A DNA stretch of 64,000 nucleotides from Octopus vulgaris (taxonomy: Eukaryota): contig OX597816.1 of NCBI GenBank assembly GCA_951406725.2, forward strand, positions 174,344,001-174,408,000. The letters are read 5' to 3'. A program made the position numbers and the translations under genes. This document shows positions 12,896 through 25,560 of the stretch, piece by piece; the stretch's first letter is position 1; the number at the start of each line of letters is the position of its first letter. The notes under the pieces are model-generated. The model was not told where the DNA came from. It saw only the letters and a list, made by a program, of their open reading frames with translations, and ran no database searches.

Positions 12896-13609
12896 TTATA
12901 CTCCCAGCTGATCTGGTAATCTATAACTATCAACTACGTGAAGTGAGGTAATGTTGAATGAAGCTGAAACAATGAAATTTTGAACCTATAATCTGTGTCA
13001 GGAGTCCAGCACCATACAAACTTGGCTACCGTGTCCCTACTGTAAATAGTAGACTAACATTTCATTTTTGTCTGAATTATAAAATACTAAATTTCAAATA
13101 GTTTGATCTCTGGGCATTGTTGAATATACTCCACCAACAAGACCTAGACAGAACAGATGATGACTTCTTAATGTACTATTTGGTTGTTGTTATTTAGCTT
13201 CAAGTCAGCTCTAAGACCAAACAGACCTATGATCAAATATATTCTGGCAGTGTCTTTTCTATGTTTAACACCATCCATTGTCTCCTTTATCAAGACAGTT
13301 GGGAGTAATTTGGATTTAGATGTTATTTCTAACAGGTTGAGCAACAATATAGAGGCTCCCTCATTAACTTCAGGTAATGTTTGATAGTTAGAAGAGTAAC
13401 ATCTTAATGTGTAAACGCAAAAAGAAGACAACTCATACGCAGATATCTAAGTCTATAGGTACATAATATCAATTAATAAACATGAGCAAGATTTGATGGT
13501 TTGCTTACATTAACCCTTTTATGTTACTACTGCAAATGTGAATAACTTCAGAAAGAACACGAAGAAAAAAATGATTGTGGGATCTTCAAAGAGATTGATA
13601 GATTCATAC

Positions 13610-13790
13610 CTGTGGATTTTGCAAGAAGCTCTCTTTGTTGTTAATACAACCACCACAGCTTCCAGGTTTTTTCCATTCACCATTTCCAGTTCCTTCAGAC
13701 CAAGTTTTTCTTAATGAGAAAATAGATGTGTTGACAACTCTACAAATTGCAACATTGACGAAATGTTTGCTAAAATCTTCGAAAGTCATC
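13610..13790 (-). CDS. CAPN5: Calpain-5-like coding exon 7 (MTFEDFSKHF...GGCINNKESFLQNPQ)
   Basis: End of CysPc and start of domain III (GGC.N...F..NPQ). 181 nt, ttttcag/gtatga borders, phase 2/0. Confidence 0.95.
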
Positions 13791-14027
13791 CTGAAAAGAA
13801 GGAAATTTAAATTAATAAGTAATAAAGGAAAAGTATGAATTAAAACCATTATAAATTAATAAACTGAAGATAGAATTGAATCAAGGTCTTTTATTGATTT
13901 CATGTCTTGTCAAATGTAAGGATTGAAGCATGTGGCAGATTCCTAAACCAGCTCAGTCCAGTACAAAAAAAAATATATCAAAAAAGTTATACAGACACAC
14001 ACATTGATGTTATTCTGTTTATCCTAT

Positions 14028-16261
14028 AGCTTCCCAAAGTGGGCGGTATTGCCCACCAGTGGGTGATTTCAACTTACAGGTGGGCGATGGGTGAAATTTC
14101 TAGAAAATGGTGGGCGATTTGAGATTTTGGCAAGTGATGTGAACATTTTGTGGATGATAGAATTTTTAGAAATTAATTCTGCATTTACTTATATCTAGGC
14201 ATGCCTAGAATAGGGATGCACTTTTATTGATTTGACTACTCGCATGAGATGTCCCTTTGTATTAAAAAAGCGGATTGAATATTTTTGTCGCAAAGTCATT
14301 GAGATGGTTGTCATATGTGCTAAACATAGCAGCCAAATAGGCCTAGGTCTTAAACCATGCTCGAACACATTTTTTTTTTTTACATAATCATTATTAAAGT
14401 TCTGCATGTAGAATACAAACTCACAAACATTTTCTGAAAACTCAAAAAAATTAAAAAAGTTATGAGGGGGTTATATATCGTGCCTAATTCCAGTTTCATA
14501 TCAAAACACAAGTGCTATTTTCAGAATGCTGACACAATGTGCAGTCATGCATGAAATGACAGCTTTGAAATCTACAACTTTTTAAAAACATTTTTCTGGA
14601 AAAAGTTGAATAAACTCTAATTTTTGAAATGCTGGTGGCCAAATGAACTAGATCTGTATTTGCTCCAGTAAAGATGTCAGCTTGAGAATACCATACTGCT
14701 TTTCTGATGCCATTCATAGAAATTTATTTTCACATTTTCACTTTACTCATGCCTCCAGTCAAGGAAATTTATTGACAGTACAGTAGTGATTATTTATCAT
14801 TTGGATTTATTCCCTCTCCTCAGAACTGTCAGTTACCAATGTGTCTTCTTTGCCATCAAACACTGACCTACAAAGCAGTGAAACCTTCACACTTGAAATA
14901 TCACTTTGATGCAAGGCATTCTGAGAAGGACAAGCCATTATCATACTTTTTGCAACTGAGCTCCTCTTTCAAAAAGCAAATACAAATATTCAACGTGCTA
15001 CCCCAAGAAACTGGTAAGCATGAGAATAATGGATTGATTGTATCGTACAACATTCCATTGCTTGTTGCTAAGTCTGGGAAGTTTCACACAATTGGAGAAA
15101 CATTACTTTGCCCAGTTATCAAAGAGGTTTTGTCAACCATTAAGCACGAAAATCCCGATAACATCACGAAGATCCCATTTAGTAATAACACAATTTCTTG
15201 AAGCATCGATAAAATGGCCAATGATGTCAAACATCAGCTCATTAATATTCTCCAGCATTCTGAATTTTCTTATACAAGTGGATGAATCAACTGTTGTGGA
15301 CAATCAATGTTTGATGATGGTATATATTCAGTGTTTCAGCAAAGACCTTCAACCTTGTGAGGAAATGCTGTTCACAGAGAAATTTCTGCTTGATTCAAAA
15401 GGTGCAACTATTTTTCACACTCTCAAGTCTTTCCTTTTTTGAACATGATATCCCCCTCAGTAATATTCTTGCCTGCACATCTGATGGAGCCCCTTCGATG
15501 ATAGGAAGATACGGAGGTTTTTCATCTCTCCCAAAGCCTGAAATTTCCCACCAGATATTAACTGTTCATTGCTTGGCACACCAGCAGCATTTAGTGGCAA
15601 AAAATATGAATGGTAGATTGAATGATGTGCTATGATTAATTATCAAGACTGTGAACAAATTGAAGTCCAATCCCTTGTCTGATCGAATTTTCCGTCAACT
15701 CTGTCTGAGAAATGCTGAGGACTATACTAAACTCTTACACCCTACCAAAGTGCAGTGGCTGTGAAAAGGAAACTGTGTTTTATGCTTTGTTGAACTGTTT
15801 CATATAATCATACTTTTCTTTGAAGATATTTCACTATCTGCTTCATTGATGGCTGCAAGGTGTGATATCTCTTTTCTTTGTGATATATTCACAAAATTAA
15901 ATGATTTGAATAAGCTATTGCAAGGAAACAGAAAAACTCTCATTGACTGTAAATCATTTATCACTACCTTCATTTTGAAATTGTTGCTGTATAAAAGTAA
16001 CATTTCAAAAATGTCAATTCCATCAATTTCCACACCTTGATTCTTTGAAAGATGAATTGATTGATGAAGATTTAACTACATACCACAACTATATACAATA
16101 ATTGCATGATGACATGGTGGAGCAAATGGTATAGTAATCCATTTGAAGTCGATGCAGTCGACTGTGTTAGGGTTTTTTTTTATACAGATGGGTGATGGAG
16201 CATTTTTTGGCTGATAAATGAGCAATATTACAATTTGGCATGAAAAGTTTGGGAAACACTG
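14028..16261 (+). mobile_element. Decayed hAT (Charlie/Buster) DNA transposon
   Basis: CLLC...KPSHLKYH BED finger, QVDEST, SDGAPSMIG, HCLAHQQHL. Degenerate TIRs ..TTCCCAAA / TTTGGGAAACACTG. Confidence 0.85.
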
Positions 16262-16390
16262 GTTTATTCATTTAACAACTCTACAATTTTTCAATGAATC
16301 TTTACAAGAATTTGCATACATATCAGAAATCAGCACAGAGGGGAAAAAAAAACAGGATTGAATTTTTCTTGGGACAATATCTGTATGTTT

Positions 16391-16783
16391 AGTGGAGGCG
16401 CAATGGCCCAGTGGTTAGGGCAGCGGACTCGCGGTCGTAGGATCGCGGTTTCGATTCCCAGACCGGGCGTTGTCAGTGTTTATTGAGCGAAAACACCTAA
16501 AGCTCCACGAGGCTCCGGCAGGGGATGGTGGTGATCCCTGCTGTACTCTTTCACCACAACTTTCTCTCACTCTTACTTCCTGTTTCTGTTGTACCTGTAT
16601 TTCAAGGGGCCGGCCTTGTCACTCTCTGTGTCACGCTGAATATCCCCGAGAACTACGTTAAGGGTGCACGTGTCTGTGGAGTGCTCAGCCACTTACACGT
16701 TAATTTCACGAGCAGGCTGTTCCATTGATTCGGATCAACCGGAACCCTCATCGTCGTAACCGACGGAGTGCTACCATCCATCC
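16391..16783 (+). mobile_element. tRNA-derived SINE family 1
   Basis: A/B boxes. 12-bp TSD ATCTGTATGTTT at 16379-16390 and 16784-16795. Confidence 0.9.
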
Positions 16784-17065
16784 ATCTGTATGTTTCCTAA
16801 TGCATATGCTCACACATACACATACCCCATGATGTATACCTTTCAGTTTGACAAACTATCATCATAACAACAGTTGCTAGACATCAGTATTTATAAACAG
16901 TCTTTTGGTTTCTGTTTTCAACAAATGCTTCATTATTAATAAGATTGTTTTTCCAATGCTAAATCAAAACAAGTCTAAAAACTTGCTACAAATTTACTTA
17001 AGTTTAACATAACTAAACAAAGTCCTGTTTCTACATATTTAGTAAATGAGGCAATTCTATACATA

Positions 17066-17748
17066 TCATCATCACCATTTAATGTCCATTGTCCATGTTG
17101 GCATGGGTTAGATGGTTTGACCAGGGCTGGAAAGCTGGAAGGCTATACTAGACTCCAGTCTGATTTGGCATGGTTTTTTTTATGGCTGTATGCACTTCCT
17201 AACGCCAACCATTCCAAGAGTGTAATGGTTGCTTTTACGTACCATCGGCATGGGTGCCATTTACGTGAGACCAGTATTTGCCATGATTGTGATTTTACTT
17301 GGCTTGATAGGTCTTCTCAAGCACAACATAATGTCAAAGGTCTCAGTCGTTCGTCATTGCCTCTGTGAGGCCCAACACTTGAAAGGAGCTTTTCACATGC
17401 CACCAGCTGCAGCCCCTTTGCCTCCATGAGGCCCAACACACAAAAGGTGCTTTTTACATGCTACTGGCATGGGTGCCAATTATATGACACCAGCATCAGC
17501 CATCACTGCGATTCCATTGGCTTGATGGGTCTTCTCAAGCACAACATATTGCCAAAGGTCTTGGTAACTAGTCATTGCCTCTGTGAGACTCAAAGTTTGA
17601 AAACCATGCTTCACCACCTCGTCCCATGTCTTCATGGGTCTACCTCCACCACAAGTTCTCTCCAGTTAAGGATCAGCACTTCTTTACACAGCTGTCCTCA
17701 TCCATATGCATCACATGTCCATACTTGCACAGTCATCTCCCTTGCACA

Positions 17749-17751
<3 letters not shown>
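17066..17751 (-). mobile_element. RTE LINE 3' fragment (old)
   Basis: Homologous to 43320-44181, reverse orientation. Confidence 0.75.
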
Positions 17752-17802
<51 letters not shown>

Positions 17803-17804
<2 letters not shown>

Positions 17805-18222
17805 TCTTACTCTTTTTTCTTTTACTCTTTTACTTGTTTCAGTCATTTGACTGCGGCCATGCTGGAGCACCGCCTTTAGTCGAGCAAATCGACCCCCGGG
17901 ACTTATTCTTTGTAAGCCCAGTACTTATTCTATTGGTCTCTTTTGCCGAACCGCTAAGTGACGGGGACGTAAACACACCAGCATCGGTTGTCAAGCAATG
18001 CTAGGGGGACAAACACAGGCACAGAAACACACACATACACATATATATATACATATATACGACAGGCTTCTTTCAGTTTCCGTCTATCAAATCCACTCAC
18101 AAGGCATTGGTCGGCCTGGGGCTATAGCAGAAGACACTTGCCCAAGATGCCACGCAGTGGGACTGAACCCGGAACCATGTGGTTGGTTAGCAAGCTACTT
18201 ACCACACAGCCACTCCTGCGCC
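17803..18222 (-). mobile_element. tRNA-derived SINE family 2
   Basis: Head GGCGCAGGAGTGGCTGTGTGG, B box GGGTTCAGTCCC, CCTTGGGCAAGT-like core, internal microsatellite, (AGAGTAAA)n tail. Confidence 0.88.
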
Positions 18223-19310
18223 TATATATATATATCGCAAAGCTAAGTATATACTTATATTTAAGATTTTAAAATTTAAATATTTTAATAAGTTTTATTG
18301 TATAATATTGTATGTTATATATATACTGGTGGTTATGTAATGGTCTAGTTATCGTAGTTTTTTCTATATAATTATTAGATTTTAACTTTATGTTTATTCG
18401 TAAGACTTTACTTAGCCAAAGAAATATATAGATCGTTAACAGTTATACGAGTTTTTTTTAAGTTAGGTTTCATGTATATACATGTATTTATAGCATAAAT
18501 TTTAGTCTTAACTATATTTGTTGATAGTTATTTTAAATTTTTTATAATTGTTATTATAACTTATATATTGTTTTTTTTAAAAATTGATTATTGGTAGTAA
18601 TATTTTTTCCATTGATAAATATATTCGTAGTGTTTATTGGATACTATATAACTACTGATTGATTATTTCATTAAGCATTTTTTAATTTCATTTTAGTTTT
18701 TTAACTATACGATTTTTGAAAGTTATTAGTTAGCCAACGAGATATATGGATCGTTAATTAGTTATAGCGTTCTTTTAAGATTGTTTGTTTTGTTTATAAT
18801 TAGCTATTTCATCTTTAATCTTTCAATATTTTTATAAGTAATAATGAATAATTAATTTATTAGGTCTTTATTATACGTGCATATATATTTATTGATAGAG
18901 ATAATTTTAGATCTTAATTCTTATATATATATACATTTATATATTTTCATAGATAATTTAGTTATTATTCAAATATTATATAATTATTTGACATGAAATA
19001 ATATTTAATAATATGAATAGTCATTTTTTTATTTATCTATTTATTTATTTTTATTATTATTTTTTTTGTAAAATATTTATGTAATTAGATATTGACTATA
19101 ACTGAGATTAGATTATTTCTAGGTTTCTTACCTTAAAAATTAATACTTAAAAATTAATATTTAACATTATAATCGATTGTATGACATAATCACAATCGTT
19201 AAAGTTTCTAGTTTGATAATAGAGTTTTTTTATAAGAAAAATTATTATTTTATTTATTTCTTAAAAAATATTGTTTACATTTTTTTGATTATTTATTTAA
19301 ATATTATCAT

Positions 19311-19409
19311 TAACCTGAAGATTGACTATAACCATAATTTGAATTATTAATTGAATTTAAATTATTGTTATTCGAATTAGGTTATGGGCATGAAATGATC
19401 GTAGTGGTT
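19311..19409 (+). ncRNA. Degenerate hammerhead ribozyme at the end of an AT-rich element
   Basis: CTGAAGA-TTGACTATAACC...GGTTATGGGCAT-GAAA-TGATCG-TA. Stem II pairs, loop III is GATC, stem I is poor. Confidence 0.5.
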
Positions 19410-19471
19410 TTACTCTTTATCTTATATTAAACTTTTAATACTTAAAAAAAACAAACAATAATAATAATAAA

Positions 19472-19515
<44 letters not shown>

Positions 19516-19519
<4 letters not shown>

Positions 19520-19681
19520 TCTCAGAGTGGTTGTGTTAGGAAGGGCATCCAGCTGTAGAAACACTGCCAGATCTGACTGGCGTGGTGCAGCCTTCGGGCT
19601 CCCCAGACCCCAGTTGAACCGTCCAACCCATGCTAGCATGGAAAGCGGACGTTAAATGATGATGATGATGATGATGATGAT
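19516..19681 (+). mobile_element. RTE 3'-terminal fragment
   Basis: Matches 44027-44181 including the (GAT)n tail. Confidence 0.8.
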
Positions 19682-19694
19682 ATATATATATATT

Positions 19695-20097
19695 TCTCTT
19701 TCTCTTTTACTTGTTTCAGTCATTTGACTGCGGCCATGCTGGAGCACCGCCTTTAGTCGAGCAAAATGACCCCGGGACTTATTCTTTGTAAGCCCAGTAC
19801 TTATTCTATCGGTCTCTTTTTGCCGAACCGCTAAGTGACGGGGACGTAAACACACCAGCATCGGTTGTCAAGCAATGCTAGGGGGACAAACACAGACACA
19901 CAAACACACATACATATAAATATATATACATATATACGACAGGCTTCTTTCAGTTTCCGTCTACCAAATCCACTCACAAGGCATTGGTCGGCCCGGGGTT
20001 ATAGCAGAAGACACTTGCCCAAGATGCCACGCAGTGGGACTGAACCCGGAACCATGAGGTTGGTTAGCAAGCTACTTACCACACAGCCACTCCTGTG

Positions 20098-20099
<2 letters not shown>
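19695..20099 (-). mobile_element. tRNA-derived SINE family 2
   Basis: Near-identical to 17803-18222. Confidence 0.88.
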
Positions 20100-20150
<51 letters not shown>

Positions 20151-20340
20151 TTATAAGTATTAATTAATAATTTAAATAATTTTTTAAATTTTAACTTTAA
20201 ATTTTAATAATTTAAATTTTGAATTTTATATTTTTTATATATTTTGTATATTATATTAATTATTTTATTTCTATGTATTGGTTTATGGTTTTCACTGTTT
20301 GATTTGCCTAATAGTGATTTTATATATATATATATATATA

Positions 20341-20392
20341 TCCTTAAATCCTTAAAAATGTTTTAGCCCGAAGGCCGCGGCCATGCTGGGGC
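20341..20392 (-). mobile_element. 52-bp extreme 3' fragment of CR1-group LINE family A
   Basis: Reverse complement of 55968-56019 (TGCCCCAGCATGGCCGCGGCCTTCGGGCTAAAACATTTTTAAGGATTTAAGGA), inside (TA)n. Confidence 0.85.
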
Positions 20393-20433
<41 letters not shown>

Positions 20434-20458
20434 TATAAATGATGAGTTTCCTTTCTTC

Positions 20459-20547
20459 ACTTCCCTGAAGAGAAGATCATATTGTTTTACACCATTTTAT
20501 TCCTTTGGAATAATACCAGTGATATCTTCGAAATATGTGTCAGAAGT
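20459..20547 (+). ncRNA. Degenerate minimal type I hammerhead ribozyme
   Basis: ACTTC(C)-CTGAAGA-GAAGAT...ATCTTC-GAAA-TATGTG-TC-(A)GAAGT. Stem I has one mismatch and stem III is minimal. Confidence 0.65.
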
Positions 20548-21615
20548 AAAAGAATTTGAATAACACCTGCATTTAACTCCATTTATTTATTTATATATAT
20601 CATACGAAATATTTCACATAAACCTGAAGTTTCTACCTTTAAAAACAAGGAGTTACAACCTCTTTACTTGTGTGATTTTTTGCTACCCTGGTAACTATTT
20701 ATATATATTTTCCGTGTTAATTGTTAACAAGGGAAAAATACACATATCTGTTTATATATATATATATATATATCCACACAAAGACGACATCCACACAAAG
20801 AAATGCTCTGTAACTCTGCTAGAATGCATGAAAGAAAGAACGTAAATGAGTGAGCCTGTGTACAGACATCATCAGTAAAAAACTTTCTGCTTACTGATAT
20901 ATTGCAAGCAGCAGCATGTATATAGAAAAGGTTATTAAATATGTTATGAGCAACATGTTGATGCAAGAAAAGAGTCATAAAATATATGCAACAGCAATCC
21001 ACACATTTGCCTTTTTACATTTCAATAACATTTCTCTTGACATTTATTTTTACAAAGCCCTTTTATGGGGAGGCTTATATTTAAAGGATAGCTATTATTA
21101 AAACAAGCAGGGCTATGTTTTATATGCTGCCTGCCTCCCATCTACATTCTGCTATGTAGCCAGAAGAAATACTTATCCTAATATCATTCAAAATATTTAT
21201 TACAGATGAAAACTGGAAAATTTTTCTGTGGTCAGTACTTGAATGTATATTGTACTTCTATTACAATGGTCAATATATGAAAGAAACTGTTGCTAATCTA
21301 GTGTGTCTATGAATGTAATTCTCTAGCATTTCATTTCCCTTTAACAAAACTTTCACTCAGCAAATCAAATTCTGAACAGAGCCAAGTCATGATCTTATTA
21401 TCTAAATAACTTAATAAAATTTTTAAAAAATGTAAAACGTTTTTAGTCCGTCTATCATCTTTAATGCACCTGTACTATCTTGTAATGTTTCTCTACAGGT
21501 GTTGTAAGAATTACATTTCCACAACATTTGTATTATCTCATTACATCTATCATATTTGGAAATGTTTTGATTAAGTTAAATGTAGCTAAATAAAATACTT
21601 AATTTAGAATCTTAC

Positions 21616-21693
21616 CAAAATTCACCATCATCTTCAAATGTTAATCCAATTTTACTTCGATCATTTTTGTCAATTTTTTGCCATTCTGGTGAC
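21616..21693 (-). CDS. CAPN5: Calpain-5-like coding exon 6 ([26 protein letters not shown])
   Basis: DGEFW motif. 78 nt, ctccag/gtaaga borders, phase 2/2. Confidence 0.95.
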
Positions 21694-22471
21694 CTGGAGA
21701 GAAAAAGGTAAGAAAAATCCTGATGGCATTAAAATCAAAAATATCCCAAAGACAGATGTCCAGACATGAGTAATTTCTTTTCAGATAAAAATAAACAAGA
21801 ATTTCTTAATAAATAAATTTTCCAAAGTTAGTATTTAAAAATGCAATTTAAACTTAGTGTTTAAATTACATTAACATTTAAACTTAGATATAATTTAAAA
21901 TAACAATCTGGTTTATAGGGGAGGAAGACAAATAAGATTGTAGGATTTTCTTGGTCTTGTTTAGCGGCAACAAAAATGTAAGTAAAAAATGAAAGAGCTT
22001 CAATAAGGTATGGAAACTGAGTCACAGACACCATTCTCTCAAAACTGTGCTCATTTGTGTGCACATGTGCACACAAATAAGGAACAAATGATGTAAAGTA
22101 AAACTGAATAGAGAATATTTTTTTGTTCAATTATTGTAATACACATTTAAATTTCAATTGATGAACTTTGAACATAAAAGTTAACATCTACATAAGTAAT
22201 TAAAAAAATAATATAGAGCATTTAGTGCATATCCAGTTGGTCTCAGTAACTTTCTGGTTGTTTATGCATTGGTCAGAAACTGTTCAACTCTAGTGTAAAG
22301 GTTCTATTCAAATCAATCTTTACTTTCTAAAACCAAAAGCTCAATCCTAAAATCAATGATGTAAAAAAGAAAGAACAAAATAAAATTAATAATTTCTTAG
22401 TTTAGAATTATCACTTACATTAAATTTCATGTCCAATATTCTTGACAGTCAACTGAAAGAATGTCACTTAC

Positions 22472-22668
22472 CCATCACTAAAGGCTCCTTTCCATTCACA
22501 TTGACCCCATGGATTGCGAAGACGAACCATCGGCATCTTCTCTCTTCCAAACATCCCAAACAAGCCTGAACCTTCTAAATGGATATTCTTAACACAAGTA
22601 AGTCCATAAGCGTGGCCTTTCACCAAACCAGAATCCAAAGTGGCTTCCATTTCTTCACTAGACGCTGC
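22472..22668 (-). CDS. CAPN5: Calpain-5-like coding exon 5, contains catalytic His (GLVKGHAY) and Asn (RLRNPWG)
   Basis: 197 nt, ttttag/gtaagt borders, phase 0/2. Confidence 0.95.
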
Positions 22669-22768
22669 CTAAAACAGATACACACATGGGTATAAAATAA
22701 AGAACCACCAGCAATAACATCAGCAACTGATAACATCTAAAGCTTTCATGAAACGTTCCATATTTTTC

Positions 22769-23173
22769 AGCCGCAAGAGTGGCTGTGTGGTAAGTAGCTT
22801 GCTTACCAACCACATGGTTCCGGGTTCAGTCCCACTGCATGGCACCTTGGGCAAGTGTCTTCTACTATAGCCTTGGGCTGACCAAAGCCTTGTGAGTGGA
22901 TTTGGTAGACGGAAACTGAAAGAATCTCGTCATGTGTGTGTGTGTGCGCGCGTGTGTGTATATGTTTGTGTGTCTGTGTTTGTCCCCCCAACATCGCTTG
23001 ACAACTGATGCTGGTGTGTTTATGTCCCCGTCACTTAGCGGATCAGCAAGAGAGACCGATAGAATAAGTACTAGGCTTAGAAAGAATAAGTCTCGGGGTT
23101 GATTTGCTCGACTAAAGGTGGTGCTCCAGCATGGCTGCAGTCAAATGACTGAAACAAGTAAAAGAATAAAAAA
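22769..23173 (+). mobile_element. tRNA-derived SINE family 2
   Basis: Same consensus, plus strand. Confidence 0.88.
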
Positions 23174-23523
23174 AGCAACACATCCAACAGACCAAAGAGT
23201 TTCACAAGTTGATGAGAGGTAAATGTGCTCTGGGATAAAACACTTAGTATGAGGTAAGAATTTTCATCAACACTAGAAATATAATTCAAGTCAACACTTG
23301 ATGATTTGAACTCAGACTTTAAAGGAATGAAACTAAATGCTGTAAGGCTTTCTACTATTGCCATCTTCAAACTAACAATGATTTCCAATTTAGACACAAG
23401 GTCAACAATTTTGAGAGATGGGAGAGTTACTCACTACCATTGCCTCCAGAGAGATGAAAAAATAATAACAATTACAATAATAATAATGATAATCTTTATT
23501 AGCCATAAGGGCTTGAAGAGATG

Positions 23524-23675
23524 GATGTGGTAAGCAGCTTGCTTGCCAACCACATGGTTCCGGGTTCAGTCCCACTGCGTGGCATCTTGGGCAAGTGTCT
23601 TCTGCTATAGCCCCGGGGCCGACCAATGCCTTGTGAGTGGATTTGGTAGACGGAAACTGAAAGAAGCCTGTCGTA

Positions 23676-23742
<67 letters not shown>

Positions 23743-23975
23743 TTGTTTGTGTGTCTATGTTTGTCCCCCTAGCATTGCTTGACAACCGATGCTGGTGTGT
23801 TTACGTCCCCGTCACTTAGCGGTTCGGCAAGAGAGACCGATAGAATAAGTACTGGGCTTACAAAGAATAAGTCCCGGGGTCGATTTGCTCGACTAAAGGC
23901 GGTGCTCCAGCATGGCCGCAGTCAAATGACTGAAACAAATAAAAGAGTAAAAGAGTAAAAGAGTAAAAGAGTAAA
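23524..23975 (+). mobile_element. tRNA-derived SINE family 2
   Basis: Same consensus, repeated AAAAGAGT tail. Confidence 0.88.
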
Positions 23976-24184
23976 GGGACAGATATTCTATACAAAGAGA
24001 AAGAGATGCATAAATAAACGAATAGAAAACTTTACGACACAAATATTTGCAATTACATAAATAAATAAGTAAATAAGTAACAATAATGCAATAATTAAAA
24101 CAAAATATAATTTTTAAAAAATACTGACTAGGTTACATTAGCAAACCCCTACATCTATGCCTTCCAGCCTACTAATTGTACTAA

Positions 24185-24510
24185 TGTAGAGGGTTTGTAG
24201 GACACAGCGTGAGACGACTGTTGTTATCGTTAGGCCTAACTCATCGTAAAGTCAATACCACCATGACTGATATCCAATCTACAGTGGAGAAGGCTAGCCA
24301 CTGGATTTGGTTAAAAAGAGACGATGAGCGATGGCTAGAAGTATATTGAGTTCATCATAACCAGCTGATCTAGCAAGCGGGGCCTCATATCAGTGAGGGG
24401 GCCGGTGCGCATTGATGCCGTCGAGAGGTAGGCCCCGAAACGGCGCGCATTCTCTCCTGATGACCCCATACACTTGCTAGCTTCCGATATACGGAGCTTT
24501 TAACTGGTAG
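24185..24510 (+). mobile_element. HERO-like (restriction-like endonuclease) non-LTR retrotransposon 3' end
   Basis: CRGFVGHSVRRLLLSLGL...VEKASHWIWLKR, stop at 24349, matches the HERO-type C-terminus as I recall it. Structured 3' UTR follows. Confidence 0.7.
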
Positions 24511-25249
24511 CACTTGCATGTGCAAGTTGTTTGCAAGATATTTTATCTTGTCTTATGTATCCAAAAGTACCAGTCAACATTTTTTTGAGTTAGCTGGAGC
24601 TGCAATGTCTCAGTGTCATTTTGGATAACAACCTATCTTTATCTGTATTCCGAACCTGACTGTACCTGTGTTATTTTTTTACATCATTTCTGACACCACA
24701 GATGCTTGATTTTTGAAGGAAAGTGAACCTCAGTTTTTCATCCTCCCCTTCCTCTTCTCTGCTATATTTCTGGGGAGGGCATCATTGTTTTGTGGAAGAT
24801 GCTTCCTCTTTATCCATTTTAGTCTTTTTAATCCATTTTAATCCATTTAATCCATTTTAATCCAATTTAATCAATTTAATCCAATTTAATCCATTTTAAT
24901 CCATTTTAGTCTTTTTATGTTGATTTTTATTTGAGATTTTTAAAAACTTTTTCTCTTTAGTGTTTTTTTCAACAGTTTGTACACACTTTTCCACTGTTTC
25001 TTCTTTGTTACACAAAGATGGAGTGGTACTACTGGTTGCTGCTGTTAAGGGACACAGCGTGTGTAGGCTTGTTTCTAGGACTATGTGCAAAGTGATTTCT
25101 CCTGCCATTCCTGGAGTTTTCACTGGTGGTTCTCTGGAAATTGTGCAAGAGGAGGAGATCCCCTAAGTGCATAAGAATGCCCCCTAGTGGTATGTCACTT
25201 ACCCCTTACACTTTCTTGGGTAAATTCCTTAGCTGTCTTCTTTGTCATA

Positions 25250-25560
25250 CATCATCATCATCGTTTAGCGTCCGCTTTCCATGCTAGCATGGGTTGGACG
25301 GTTCAACTGGGGTCTGGGAAGCCAGAAGGCTGCACCAGGCCCAGTTTGATCTGGCAATGTTTCTACAGCTGGATGCCCTTCCTAACGCCAACCACTCCAT
25401 GAGTGTAGTGGGTGCTTTTTACGTGCCACCGGCACAGGTGCCAGACGGAGCTGGCAAACGGCCATGATCGGATGGTGCTTTTTATGTGCCACCAGCATGG
25501 GGGCCAGGCGAGGCTGGCAACGGCCATGAACGGATGGTGCTTTTTACGTGCCACCGACAC
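25250..25560 (-). mobile_element. RTE 3'-terminal fragment
   Basis: Reverse complement of ~43800-44181. Confidence 0.8.

Noticed and set aside
24430-24470. GAAAC...CTGATGA as a permuted hammerhead
   Set aside because: Flanks GGCCCC and CCCC cannot form stem II, and no stem III/UH arrangement fits.
24824-24910. (TTAATCCATT)n short tandem repeat resembling a telomeric motif
   Set aside because: Degenerate 9-10-bp unit, not TTAGGG; an ordinary minisatellite.
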